Assembly: GCA_964016885.1 (NCBI GenBank)
Contig: OZ024740.1
Location: 269,762,001 to 269,826,000, forward strand
DNA: 64,000 nt
Origin: Eledone cirrhosa
Lineage: Eukaryota
Direction: 5' to 3'
A program made the translations under genes and the position numbers. This document shows positions 28,126-43,108 of this stretch, piece after piece. Every line of letters begins with the position of its first letter. Position 1 is the stretch's first letter. The notes beneath the pieces were generated by a model, which was given only the letters and a program-made list of their open reading frames with translations, searched no databases and was not told the DNA's origin.

Positions 28126-28278
28126 ATTCAATTCCAAACAATATTATCATCCTCGTAGGATGTATGAATTATACTTACGTTTTCACCCGTATAATCAAGT
28201 AGTATATATGCTTAGACACACAAAAACACCTGACAACATAGCAATCACGACTTCTTGCTGTAACGCCCCTTTCTCTCT

Positions 28279-28317
<39 letters not shown>

Positions 28318-28577
28318 GTTATTCCGGGTTGAATCGGAGGTAACCACAGTAAGTAAGGTACTCAATACATAGCAGAGTATAAAAGTTTTAATATAGATGA
28401 GATTCTACAGGACTAGAACTCTTTAGAAATCATCAGGAATTTCCTGATGATTTCTAAAGAATGAAACACTTCTAGTCCTGTAGAATCTCATCTATATTAA
28501 AACTTATATACTCTGCTATGTATTGAGTACCTTACTTACTGTGGTTACCTCCGATTCAACCCAGAATAACGTATATA

Positions 28578-28646
<69 letters not shown>

Positions 28647-28799
28647 AGAGAGAAAGGGGCGTTACAGCAAGAAGTCGTGATTGCTATGTTGTCAGGTGTT
28701 TTTGTGTGTCTAAGCATATATACTACTTGATTATACGGGTGAAAACGTAAGTATAATTCATACATCCTACGAGGATGATAATAGTGTTTGGAATTGAAT
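28126..28799. repeat. ~670-bp near-perfect palindrome centred at ~28440
   Basis: Both arms share the unique sequence and an internal microsatellite; mirrored ORFs in the track confirm the symmetry. Confidence 0.92.
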
Positions 28800-28994
28800 A
28801 TTTTCAATTCAGGAATCTAAACCAACTCTCAGATTCGCTTGGTACCAGGCTGTAATGATTTTAGGAAATATATAGCTGGTTGAATTAACTCGATATACAA
28901 CACACATACACACGCACACACACACTCTCTCTCTCTCTCTCTCTCCCTCTCTCTGTCACACACATACTCACTTACGCACATTATATATATATCG

Positions 28995-29172
28995 AGTGGC
29001 AGTATCGGTAGAGGGTCGGACGCCATGCTTTCCAGCATAGTTACGTTCCTTTACGATCTGAGTTCAAATCCCGCCGAGGTTGACTTTGCCTTTCATCCTT
29101 ACGGGGTCGATAAAATAAAGTACCAGTAATGCACTGGGTAATTGCTGGCCTTGTGCTTAAAGTAGAAACAAT
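28995..29172 (+). mobile_element. SINE family 1 copy
   Basis: Matches consensus. Confidence 0.85.
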
Positions 29173-29337
29173 TATATATATATCGAGTGAGAGGGTGGTA
29201 TAATCCCGACCGCATTCCCCAGTGTTTCGGATTATAACTATTTCTACATCCACTCTGCATCTGCCCATGCATTGAGTACTCTCATCATTTGTGGTCTCTT
29301 CGGTCTCAGCACCGCCGACTCCCGCTTCTCTATCTGT

Positions 29338-29393
<56 letters not shown>

Positions 29394-29557
29394 AGGACCA
29401 CGACGGCTGAACTCCGGCCGTTTCTACAGCTAGATCCGGAGCTCATCCGTCGGGATTCTGAATCTTTTCATATTACCAACTCTACGACCCCAAGTATCGA
29501 GTACTCTGGTGGGTTATAGTCTAGTTGGTTTTTACCACACCCTATCTGATATGTATA

Positions 29558-29664
<107 letters not shown>

Positions 29665-30186
29665 GTATATATATATGGGGGGGGGGTGAAGGCCCATGGC
29701 TTCGTTAGGTTGTGTGTTCGATTCTCCGACCGGGATTTGCGTTGTGTTCTTGATGAAGAGACATTATTTCACGTTGCGGTGGATTGGCAGTATAGGTAGA
29801 TGGTCGGACGCCATGCTTTGAAGCATAGAGTTACCTCCCTGTATGATCTGAGTTCAAATCCCACCGAGGTTAACTTTGCCTTTCATCCTTCCGGGGTCGA
29901 TAAAATAAAGTACCAGTAATGCACTGGGTAATTGCTGGCCTTGTGCCAACAGTAGAAACAATTATTTCACGTTGTTCCAGTTCACGGAGCTGTAGAAATG
30001 AGTTGCGACGTCACTAGTACCAAGCTGTATCGCGCATTGTCTTTCTCTTGGACAACATAGGTGACGCGGGGAGGGGAGATTGGCATGCATGGGTGACTGC
30101 TGGTCTTCCACAAACCACTTTGGCAGGATCTGTGCCTCGGAGGGGAACTTTCTAGCAGCAAATCCAATCATTCGTGACCGAAGGGG

Positions 30187-30247
<61 letters not shown>

Positions 30248-30400
30248 CTCTCTCTCTTTCTCTCTATATATATACTTGGAATAAACGCTATTGTATAGCC
30301 AATCCGTGTTGTTCTTCACTCCTATATATATATTTCGGATTTTTGCGTTTCGCTTCGCTTTTCCTGCCCGCCGAAATGCGATTCTCGCTGAATCTTTATT

Positions 30401-30445
<45 letters not shown>

Positions 30446-30521
30446 CGAAGGAAATGTGGTAAGGAACCAGGTGGACCATAACGCACCAAAGTACTCAATA
30501 CTTAGGGTAGTAGAGTGGGTA

Positions 30522-30618
30522 ATAGGAACAAGTGAGACCCCGACGGCTGAGCTCAAGCCGTTTCGTACAGAATTAGTCGTCGAAACGGCTTGACTCAGCC
30601 GTCGGGGTCTCACTTGTT

Positions 30619-30623
<5 letters not shown>
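30522..30623. repeat. ~100-bp GC-rich palindrome
   Basis: AGGAACAAGTGAGACCCCGACGGCTGAG...CTCAGCCGTCGGGGTCTCACTTGTTCCT. Confidence 0.88.
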
Positions 30624-30687
<64 letters not shown>

Positions 30688-30751
30688 ATATGTGTACTTG
30701 CAACCTGTAATGCCATGTGTTTATAGGCACACACACACACACACACATATA

Positions 30752-31255
<504 letters not shown>

Positions 31256-32615
31256 AGCTAGGATAACCGTTAGCCCATCAAATTCAATAACTTGCTACTT
31301 GTATTCTATCTCTTTGTTGTCGGAGTTCAATCCCATCGCCATCCACTGAACTGAAATTTACCTTTTAGGGTCAACGAAGTAGGTGGACTAACGGAATTGC
31401 CAGATGGTTGAATAGAATGCCCTAATGTCTCTGCAACGTCTCTGGGCGCTTTAAGTTCAAATCCCTCTTACTGTCATGAAAACAATTGTGACAGGATATG
31501 ACAGGGATTCTATGATTAAAACACCCACTAGGCATCCTATTTAAACAACTTCACTGAAAGCTGACTAAATCTACTACAACAAAACCTGGTCAAACTTGTT
31601 CCACACATGCCCTGCCTTGGAGTATCCTTTGCCCAGTGCAATCGCATTTTACAACAGGGTAAGTTTTGATTTAGACAAATGTGGTTCCTAATTCTAGCAG
31701 ATCCACGAACCCCGTAGACGCCCTTACCTTAGTTCTTGTATATAAGTGTATATATGGACATGGATGTGGACGAATATACCAAAACAACTTTTATATGTTC
31801 GTGATAATACACACACACACAATACATACACACATATATACACGCGCGCGCACTCCCACATTCCCACAAAGATTCACAGACACACGAACACATAAATATA
31901 CATACACAAAAGAAAACGCGCGCACACACAGACACGTGTGTACGTGTGCATGCAGAAGAGTGCGTGTGTATGAGAGCGTGTGTAAGTGTCAATTTATATG
32001 AAGGAGCAGAAATATGTTGTAAAACAACTTAATCTTGCCTTTCAAATTAATGTATTTGTCATTCCCATCAGCCACAGCATCGTAATAAACATTCTCATCG
32101 ATGGTTTTATATAAACTGTATCGAAATTATCTGTAGAGTACTTCTCTGTGTACATAGTGTAAACGGCATAACTTTATTTGTTCAAGCCTATGTACACTAA
32201 CAGGCGCCCACACACAAAGAAATTCAAAATAGCATAGCATAAACAGACACACACGAACCTATAGTTGTTAATTAACTCACACATATATTCAAACCTGTCA
32301 ATACAAATAGTAAAAATAATTTTCCACAATTGTACACACAAACGCACATATATGTGTATATGTATGTATGTGTGTATCCCGGGATCAATTGGGGGTAACA
32401 ACAGTAAATAAGTTACTCGATACATAGCAGAGTATAAATATTTGATATAGAATTGGTTTCTACTGGAATAGAACTGTTTCATTCGAATGAAACAGATCCT
32501 ATCCTGTTGAAGCCATTTCTTTTAATAAATATTTGCTATAGGGTTCTTATATATTTGAAATATATTTATCCTTATCGAGCCCTCTTTGGATTTTAGTCTT
32601 CAAATTTATTATTAT

Positions 32616-32663
<48 letters not shown>

Positions 32664-33635
32664 AACTTTGAAGAATAGTCAGCATTTTCATTGTAAAATA
32701 TATATATATATTCGTTAGTTTGCCGGCAACCAGAGCTTCGATTATGCTGTACTACCTTCTTGTATATATATATATATATATAACGAAGGAATTGTGGTAA
32801 GGAACCAGATGGTGCATAACGCACCAAAGTACTCAATACTTAGGGTAGTAAAGTGGGTAATATATATATATATATACTTTTACAATGAAAATGCTGACAG
32901 CGAGTTTGAAAATTTAACTGCGGCCCGGCCCGCTTCAGCAGTTTAACGAAGCCAAGCGCATGTGAAACTTCGAAGTCACGGTAAATGTTTTCCTTGTAAA
33001 AAATAAATGCAATGCTCTACGGATATTCATCCTATTAATGCTTTGATTGATATTAAACTAATGATATACATTAATAAATATTTATAAATATATGCGTATA
33101 TGTGTGCATGTATGTATATGTGTGTATGTATGTGTGGGTGTACAATCAATTATTGACATCAATAAGTGATTCTTTACTTTTATCTACGATGGCAGAAATA
33201 TTATGTTAGTCGGTATTTTAACAATTTTTCAATTTAATTATAAGGAGTATTGTAATGAGACTACACGCTTAGATGCATACACACATTCATATTCATAATA
33301 TATACATAATTGTATATATATATATAACTATATATAAATATATATCGAATGCCTCTCCGGATAAAGTTGTTTAAGAAAGACCAGCAGTCGCCCATGCATA
33401 CCAGCCTCCCCTCCCCACGCCACCGATGAAGTCCAAGAGAAAGGCTATAGGCGATCTAGCTTGGCACCAGTGACGTTGCAACTCATTTGTACAGCTGAGT
33501 AAACTGGAGCAACATGAAATAAAGTGTCTTGCTCAAGGACACAACGCATCACCTGGTCCGAGAATCGAACTCACAACCTTTCGATTTCAAGTCCAATGCT
33601 CTAACCAATAAGCCATGCGCACTTGAGTATGTATA

Positions 33636-33668
<33 letters not shown>

Positions 33669-33673
33669 TCATG

Positions 33674-33710
<37 letters not shown>

Positions 33711-33736
33711 GTATATATACATGTATATATGTATAT

Positions 33737-34020
33737 CTAAAGTCTGTCTTAAGCCAGAAGGCTAATTTGGCCGGTGCTTACCCCGGTATCATGGCGTGAA
33801 GCGACTGAGAGTACGAGGCTCCCCCACCCCCTGGACAGGACGGCAGTCCATCGCAAGTTTAAACCTCCAGCTATTGCTGGTACCCATTTTGAGCTGAGTA
33901 TACTGGGGCAACGTGAAATTAATTGTTTTGCTCAAGAACACAACACGCAACCCAGGAATCGAGCCTACGACATTATGATCGTAATTCCAACCCCCTTACC
34001 ACTAGGCCACGTGCCTCCAC
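33737..34020 (-). mobile_element. SINE family 2 copy
   Basis: Homologous to 10285-10567. Confidence 0.8.
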
Positions 34021-34122
34021 ATATATGTATATATATAAGTATATATATATATATATGTATATATATGTATATATATATATGTATATATATAGATATATAT
34101 ATATATATGTATATACACATAT

Positions 34123-34168
<46 letters not shown>

Positions 34169-34234
34169 TCACACACACCCATATATATATATGTATATAT
34201 ATAGATATATATATATATATGTATATACACATAT

Positions 34235-34273
<39 letters not shown>

Positions 34274-34978
34274 CACTCACACACACCCATATATATATAT
34301 GTATGCATGTATTTATATATGTATGTGTATATATACATATATACACATACATGTATGCATACATACGCAAACACACGCATGCATACATACATTCATACAC
34401 AAATACATGCACATGCACACCTGCCTGCGCCTGCCTATAGTAGATTTATATAATTGTAAAACAATTTTTCCTGTGAATATCTAAATTAATTTTTAATATA
34501 TTTGTTTAAAATACATATGAAATATTTCATTTAAAATGAATGCCCACCATAAATATATCCATCGTCGGGTTTTAAAGGAATTATAAACACATCCTATATA
34601 TGCCTAGAATCAATGTTGCATATTTCAGGACGATTTGTTTAGTTCAACAAATCTAATTGGTGCTGAAATTTTAGCAAGTTTTCTCTCTCCCTTTCTCTCT
34701 CACTCCCCCTCTCACTCTCTATTGTACTCTCTCTCCCTCTCTCCCACTCTCTCTCTCCCTCATCTCTCTCTCTCTCTATATATATAGAGAGAGAGAGACA
34801 CACTTCTTTCAGAATGCAGTTGAAGTTTGTATACATTTTTTGTATATATATATATATATACTCTTTCACTACTATATATACATATATATGTGTGTGTGCG
34901 TGTGTGTACGTTTGTGTGTGTGTGTGTGTGTACATTTGTGTGTGTGTGTGTGTGCATTTCTGTGTGTGAGTTCGTATA

Positions 34979-35055
34979 CAGAGTGTTCCCAAACATATAT
35001 ATTTACACTTCAACTGCATTCTAGTAAAAGTGGTTCTACTTTTAGGGACACCCTG
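34979..35055. mobile_element. Tiny Tc1/mariner-like MITE remnant
   Basis: ta CAGAGTGTTCCCAAA ... TTTAGGGACACCCTG ta, imperfect TIRs. Confidence 0.5.
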
Positions 35056-35092
35056 TATATATATATGTGTGTTTGTGTGTATAATATATGTG

Positions 35093-35145
<53 letters not shown>

Positions 35146-35161
35146 ATAAAAAACTATATAG

Positions 35162-35209
<48 letters not shown>

Positions 35210-35225
35210 ATAAAAAACTATATAG

Positions 35226-35271
<46 letters not shown>

Positions 35272-36049
35272 GAAAGAATTAAGCAAAGAAAATATTATAT
35301 ATAAAATATTAATAGCTTTAAAATAAATATAATTTATATAAAAGTAATTATATGATTTATATCAATAAATAAATATAATTTTATATTATTTATAGTTGGA
35401 AATTTAAGTTGCTTTTTTTTGTTTGTATGTGTATTGGAAACTAAATGCAACAATATATATAATAGTAGATAAACCAAAGTACCGTGCAAAGTATAAAATG
35501 ATATATTTAAACAAATATTTTTTTTTATATAAGAATATATATATAAATAATTTACATTAACTAATTATCTATATACTTCTTAACATTTGTCATTACTATA
35601 TATTTCATAACATTTGTTTTTATCTATATAATTCATGACATTTGTTATTATTAAGAACAAAAATAGTAAAAGTTTATTTCTGACTTTATTAAAATAGATA
35701 AGAAATCATTTCTAAACAAAAACAAAAAAGCGCAGCTACGGATCACTTTGTAAAAGTGAAAGAAACTATAGTATGAAAAGTAAACACAAACCTGGTGCAA
35801 GCTGTTCGGAATCTTCACTGGCGATATTAATAAGTGAGTTTGCCGTAGCGGTAGAGCTGATCTTCTTTGGAAGAAGCAAGCGAAATGGAAGCGCAGACGA
35901 CACAAGTAACATCAGTAGCAGCAAGTGCAGCAATAGCAATGGCGGCAACAGAATCAGCAGCAATGGCAGCAGTAGCGGAGTTTAACAAAAAAACAAAAAC
36001 AAAAAAATAAAGAAAGAAAAGAAAACACCTCGTCGACGGTAACTACAAC

Positions 36050-36994
36050 AATGATGACGATGATTAAAATTATGATCAGGTTGACGATGACAACCACGCC
36101 GCCGCCGTCGACGACGATGACCACGCCGACGACGGCAGTGATACCGTCGCCTTTGACAATGATGATGACGATGACGATGACGATGTTGATGGTAGTGGTG
36201 GTGGTGGCGGTGGTGGTGATGGTGATGATGATGATGGTAGTGGTGGTGGTGATGATGATGATGGTAGCGGTGGTGGTGATGATGATGATGGTAGTGGGGG
36301 TGATGGTGGTGGTGGTGGTGATGATGATGATGGTAGTGGTGATGATGATGATGGTAGTGGTGATGCTGGTGGTGGTGGTGGTGATGATGATGATGGTAGT
36401 GGTGATGATGATGATGGTAGTGGTGATGCTGGTGGTGGTGGTGATGATGATGATGATGATGATGATGATAGTGGTGGTGGTGATGATGATGACAATGGTA
36501 GTGGTGGTGGTGATGGTGGTGATGATGATGATGATGGTAGTGGTGGTGATGGTGATGATAATAATGATGATGATGATGATGGTGATGATAGTGGTGATGG
36601 TGATGGTGATGATGATGATGGTGGTGGTGGTGGTGGTGATGATGATGATGATGTTGGTGATGATGATGAGTATGATGATGATGGTGGTGATGGTGGTGAT
36701 CATGATCATGATGATCATGATCATGATGATCATGATCATGATGATCATGATTATCATGATGATGGTGATGGTGATGGTGATGGTGATTGTGATGATGATG
36801 ATGATGGTGGTGATGACATAGTTGACTTCGTTGTTGCTGACGCTGAAGCTGATGCTGTCGGTAATGCTACTGTTGCTGATGATGATGAAGCTAATAATGA
36901 CGGGCGGGGCTGTGGATAATTATAAAGTTATGAAAAATACTTCTAATATTACAGCATACACATCATCATCACCATCATCACCATCACCATTATC

Positions 36995-37046
<52 letters not shown>

Positions 37047-37194
37047 GCATCATCACCACCATCATCATCGTCACCATCATCATCATCATCATCCCCATCA
37101 TCACCATCATCACGATCATCATCATCATCGCCACCATCATCATCATCATCATCACCATCATCACCATCAACATCACCATCACCATCACCACCAT

Positions 37195-37229
<35 letters not shown>

Positions 37230-37975
37230 ACATCATCATCATCAACATCATTATCATCAACATCAATATCATCGCCATCATCACCACCACTACCAACGCC
37301 ACCACCGCCACCATCATCATCATCATAAACGCCACCACGACCACCATCATCACCATCACCATCATCACCACCAACACTATCATCGCCACCGCCAACACCA
37401 CAACCGCCACCATCATCATCAACGCCACCACCATCAACACCACAACCGCCACCATCATCATCATCACCATCACCACCACCACCACCACTATAATCGACAT
37501 CATCAACGCCACCACCACCACCACCATCACCACCACCAACACCACCACCACCACCACTATCATCATCATCAACGCCACCACCACCACCACCACCATCACT
37601 ACCACCACCACCATCGCCATCACCACCACTATCATCAACATCATCAACGCCACCACCACGACCACCACCACCATCACCACGACCACCACCACTATCATCA
37701 TCATCAACGCCACCACCACCACCACCACCACCATCACTACCACCAACACCACCGCCATCACCACCACTATCATCGACATCATCAACGCCACCACCACCAC
37801 CACCACCACCACCACCACTATCATCATCAACGCCACCACCACCACCATCACTACCACCACCACCATCGCCATCACCACCACTATCATCAACATCATCAAC
37901 GCTACCACCACCACCACCACCACCACCATCACCACCATCATCATCATCATCACCAAAGCCATCACCACTCCACCA
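36050..37975. repeat. Compound trinucleotide low-complexity region: (GAT/GGT)n arm, spacer, (CAT/CAC)n arm
   Basis: Direct inspection; the two arms are complementary in composition. Confidence 0.92.
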
Positions 37976-38114
37976 TATCTAACACAGGAATCAACATGAT
38001 TGTCACTGATACTTGTGTTCTTATCATGACTTCTATTCTATTCGTTTTCTCACAATAACAACAGTTTATTTAGTTTAACTTTTAAACTTCAACAATTCGG
38101 GTACTTCCACTATT

Positions 38115-39325
38115 TATAACTGTTTCTACTTTAGGCACAAGGCCAGCAATTTCTCAGTGCATTACTGGTACTTTATTTATCGACCCCCCGTAAGGATGAA
38201 AGGCAAAGTTAACCTCGGTGGGATTTGAACTCAAAACGTAACGGGCCATAACTTTATGCTGCAAAGCAGTAATGATGTGCAATAAAAATAATTGTTTCTA
38301 CTTTAGAGACAAGGCCAGCAATTGCCCAGTGCATTACTGGTACTTTATTTTATCGACCCCGTAAGGATGAAAGGCAAAGTTAACCTCGGCGGGATTTGAA
38401 CTCAAAACGTAACGGGCCATAGCTTTATGCTGCAAAGCAGTAATGATGTGCAATAAAGATAATTGTTGCTACTATTGGCACAAGGCCAGCAATTACCCAG
38501 TGCATTACTGGTACTTTATTTTATCAACCCCCGTAAGGATGAAAGGCAAAGTTAACCTCGGCGGGATTTGAACTCAAACGTAACGGGCCATAACTTTATG
38601 CTGCAAAGCAGTAATGATGTACAATAAAAATAATTGTTTCTACTTTTGGCACAAGGCCAGCAATTTCCCAGTACATTACTGGTACTTTATTTTATCGACC
38701 CCGTAAGGATGAAAGGCAAAGTTAACCTCGGCGGGATTTGAACTCAAAACGTAACGGGCCATAACTTTATGCTGCAAAGCAGTAATGATGTACAACAAAA
38801 ATAATTGTTTCTACTTTTGGCACAAGGCCAGCAATTTCCCAGTGCATAACTGGTACTTTATTTTATCGACCCCGTAAGGATGAAAGGCAAAGTTAACCTC
38901 GGCGGGATTTGAACTCAAAACGTAACGGGCCATAACTTTATGCTGCAAAGCAGTAATGATGTGCAATAAAAATAATTGTTTCTACTTTTGGCACAAGGCC
39001 AGCAATTGCCCAGTGCATAACTGGTACTTTATTTTATCAACCCCCGTAAGGATGAAAGGCAAAGTTAAGCTCGGCGGGATTTGAACTCAGACCGTAAAGG
39101 GACGTAACTATGCAATAAAAATAATAATAGTAATAATTGTTTCTACTTTTGGCACAAGGCCAGCAATTACCCCAGTGTATTACTGGTACTTTATTTTATC
39201 GATCCTGTAAGGATGAAAGGCAAAGTTAACCTGGGCGGGATTTGAACTCAGATCATAAAGGCACGCAACTCTATAATGGAAAGCATGGCGTCCAACCCTC
39301 TACCGATACAACCAAACCACCACCC
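38115..39325 (-). repeat. Head-to-tail array of ~7 SINE family 1 units (~171-bp period)
   Basis: TGTTTCTACTTT..GGCACAAGGCC recurs at about 38121, 38293, 38464, 38635, 38806, 38977 and 39139. Confidence 0.9.
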
Positions 39326-39344
39326 TTCCACTATTAATGATAAG

Positions 39345-40555
39345 GGCGGTGTATTGGCATGGCAGTATCGGTAGAGGGTCGGACGCTATGCTTTGCAACA
39401 TAGAGTTACGCACCTTTACGGTCTGAGTTCAAATCCCACCGAGGTTAACTTTGCCTTTCACCTTTCCGGGGTCGATAAAATAAAGTACCAGTCACGCACT
39501 GGGGTAGATTTAATCGGCTTTCCTCTCCCATAAAATTGCTGGCCTTGTGCCTGTACTAAAATAAAGTACCAGTAATGCACTGGTTAATTGCTGGCCTTGT
39601 GCCTAAAGTAGAAACAATTATTAGTGTTTTCTGATTTAGGTACAGTGTTGCGAGGTGGGGGGAGGGGGGACGATTATAGCAAGCCATTGTGTTACTGGTA
39701 CTTTATTTTATTGAGCCCTGTAAAGATGAAAGGCAAAGCTAACATCGACAAGATTTGAACTCAGAAGGTAAAGAGCCGTAACTATATGCCGCAAAGCATG
39801 TTGTCCGACGCTCTATTGATACTGCCAATCCACTGCCCTAATAATAATAATAGTAATAATAAAAAAAAAAAAACATAACCAGAACCTCAGAATTTAAAGT
39901 TATATACTGCATACAAAAAATAGCACTACTAGGCACTGCACACGAATTATGAAAAGTACTATTAATACAATAGAAAGAACACCAGCAAAATCTATACTGC
40001 TCGTACCCAAGGCGCACAGAGCTGTGCTCGGTAAAGCAGTAATGATGTGCAATAAAGATAATAATAACAATAATGTTTATACTTTTGCTACAAGGCCAGC
40101 AATTACTCCCGTGCATTACTGGTGCTTTATACTATCGACCCCGCAATGATAACAGGCAAAACTAACCTCGGCGGGATTTGAACTCAGAACGCAAAGGGCC
40201 ATAACTTTATGCTGCAAAGGAGTAACGACGTGCAATAAAAATAATAATAGTAATAATTGTTTCTACTTTTGACACAAGGCCAGCAATTATCCCAGTGTAT
40301 TACTGGTACTTTATTTTATCGACCCCGTAAGGATGAAAGGCAAAGTTAACCTCGGCGGGATTTGAATTCAGACAATAACGGGCCGTAATTCTGTGCTTCA
40401 AAGCATGGCGTCCGACCCTCTACCGATACTGCCAATCCACCAGTAATAATGTTTCTATTTTTGGCACAAGGCCAGCATTTACCTCAGTGTATTACTGGTG
40501 CTTTATTTTATCGACCCAGTGAGGATGAAACGCAAAGTTAATCTCGGTGGGATTT
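39345..40555. mobile_element. Cluster of SINE family 1 copies in both orientations
   Basis: Multiple consensus matches. Confidence 0.8.
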
Positions 40556-40778
40556 ATGGGTTTCTGCGTGTAAAAACAAACATAATACAAAAACAAAGTA
40601 TATAAGAAAAAAATAGAACAAAAGAAAATTTTCCAATAGTGGCTAGACTTCCAAGGGTTACTCATGGAGAAAGGACACAAAAAGCCAGTCACCCATACTA
40701 CCAATGCAAGTATCCTCTCCTAAGTGTCCTCCTTCAATCTATAGACACACGGTCAGAGCAGGCCCATTCCTCTCACCC

Positions 40779-40853
<75 letters not shown>

Positions 40854-42780
40854 CTCTCTCTCAATTTCTCCCACTGCGTGCTACGAGGGCCTTTCTCACT
40901 AGCACGTAGTTTTATTGTTTGGTTGGTTGATGTTCTGTGTGAGTAATGTTGATGGTGGTGCAGCTGGTAGTGTTGGTTGTGTTGTAGGGTTGCTGTTGTA
41001 GTTGTGATTGATTTGTTGTGGGAGTAGTTTCTGTGTTTTCTGGCGTGTGCGTGTATGTGTATTGGTGTGAGGCAAGATCTTATCCTCGGGCTGGGTGAGG
41101 GTGTCTCTTTCATCTCCATTTCGAGACGAGAATGTAGTGGCGTCTGCGGAATTTGGCTCGGACATATCTGAGAGTGTTTGTGTTTGTGTAACTGTGTATG
41201 CGCTCGTCTGTGTGTGGAGGGGACAGAATGAGAACTTTGTTGGGAGCCCACAAATGAGTTTTCTATATTGTCCGTTATTTTCCCTCCTTGTTGCTTGTTG
41301 CTTCTTGGTACCGCTGTTATTGTTATTAACTGTTGATGATGTAGTTGTTGTGGTGTTCGGGATCCTAAAGTGGGCAGCAAGGGGTCCTGTGGTTTCCTGT
41401 CTTCTGTTGAGGGCCCAAAGCTCTCAGATGGTTTTTCTCCCCGCACAAATTACAACGTGGGTTGTTTTTTCCTCAACGAACACGTTTAGTTTAGACCCAC
41501 ACCATCCGGTAGGTGTACGAGGATCTCGAAAAATGCCCCCGACCAGTGTTCCATCCAGGTGCGCCTGACTTCTAAGAGGGTGTCGTAACCTTCAATACCA
41601 CACAGGCCAGGATCCATCAGATGTCAAATCCTGGCGTGATGCCAATGATCCTGACCGTTACTAATTTTCTTCCCTAATACGCAGCGTATAACAGTCAAGC
41701 ATACTGTTGTCAGAACGAGGACAGCAGTATGCTTGACTGCCAGAGCCTCGCTTTTGAAAAGTATTGAAATACCCGAGATTTGCTTTACCCTGGCTATATC
41801 GGGTATAATGTCTTTTGGTACTCTTTCGCACTCACGTTGTGATGCCACTTCTGACTGTCTCGATTTTGTAGAAATTGGTTTGTAAATCAAAGGTTATATA
41901 TCCCCTGCCGCCAACACCACGGGTGGGACGGCTAATTCGGCCCTTTTATTTTACCGCTTGATTAGTCTGGCTGCGGGTGACAAATGTTCATGTTTTTTTC
42001 AGAATATCTACGATGAATATTTCAGGTGCTTTTGAAGCCGTGACTGAAAATGCGTTGTTGTTGTTGATGTTATTATTGTTGTTACTGTTGCTGGGTTTGT
42101 TGTTGTAATTGTTCATATTGTTTATTGTTAGTGGATTGGCAGTATCGGTAGAGGGTCGGACGCCATGCTTTGCAGCATAGAGTTACGGCCCTTTATGATC
42201 TGAATTCAAATCCCGCCGAGGTTAGCTTTGCTTTTCATCCTTACGGGGTCGATAAAATAAAATACCAGTAATGCACTGGAATGATTGCTGGCCTTGTGCC
42301 AAAAGTAGAAACAGTTATGAATGTTATAGTAGTTTATGTTGTTGCTGTTGCTATTTCTCATCATTGATTTTGTTATTTTTTATTTGTTGTGCTTTTGTGT
42401 TGTATGTATTGTTGTTGTCACCATGGTGTTGGTGGTAATGATGATGGTGGTAGAACTGTTGGTATTGGCTGTGCTCACCGTTATTGTGATGCGAACTTTG
42501 GCATTGGCAGGACATCAGGCTCACGCATACATACTGCTGCACATAATTTAGTTTTAGTTATTTTTGTCGCCGTCGTCGCTGTTGTTATTGGTACTGTTAC
42601 TGTTGCTACTGCTGCTGTTGATAGTATATTTAATGGCGTTGGTGGTGACAGTAGTATGGAATCACGTTTTCTGGGGGAAATTTATGGCGTAAAATAAATA
42701 TAAGTAAAAAGCGTTTTAAAAAATGATGAAAATCAGCAAACTTACAGAAGCTGACTCAATGACGTCTGAAGCAGACAATG
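40555..42780 (-). mobile_element. ORF2-less derivative of the Tx1-like LINE (decayed ORF1 plus 3' UTR), interrupted by a SINE at ~42130-42315
   Basis: IYKPISTKSRQSEVASQREC..ILFKSEALAVKH resembles ORF1 TYRTVSTKSRRVERATEAQ..VLFATPQEAKAQ; reverse complement of 40555-40735 matches the 3' UTR 20080-20240 (TTTACACGCAGAAA). Confidence 0.75.
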
Positions 42781-43077
42781 AAAATGATGATGATGATGAT
42801 GATAATTGGTTCTAATTTTGGCACAAGGCCAGCAATTACCCCCAGTGCATTACTAATGATAATAATGATTTCTAGTATAGGCACAAGGCCAGCAATTGTG
42901 GGGGAGGGGAAAGTTTATTAAATCGACCCCAGTGCGTTGCTAGTATTTTATTTCATCGACGCCGTAATGATGAAAGGCAAAGTTAACCTCGGCGGGATTT
43001 GAACTCAGAACATAAAGGCCCGTAACTCTATGCTGCAAAGCGTGGTGTCCGACGCTCTACCGATACTGCCAATCTAC

Positions 43078-43108
<31 letters not shown>

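Noticed and set aside
38115-39325. Regular repeat array as a possible CRISPR
   Set aside because: Whole ~171-bp units repeat without unique spacers, they match a SINE, and the context is eukaryotic with no cas genes.
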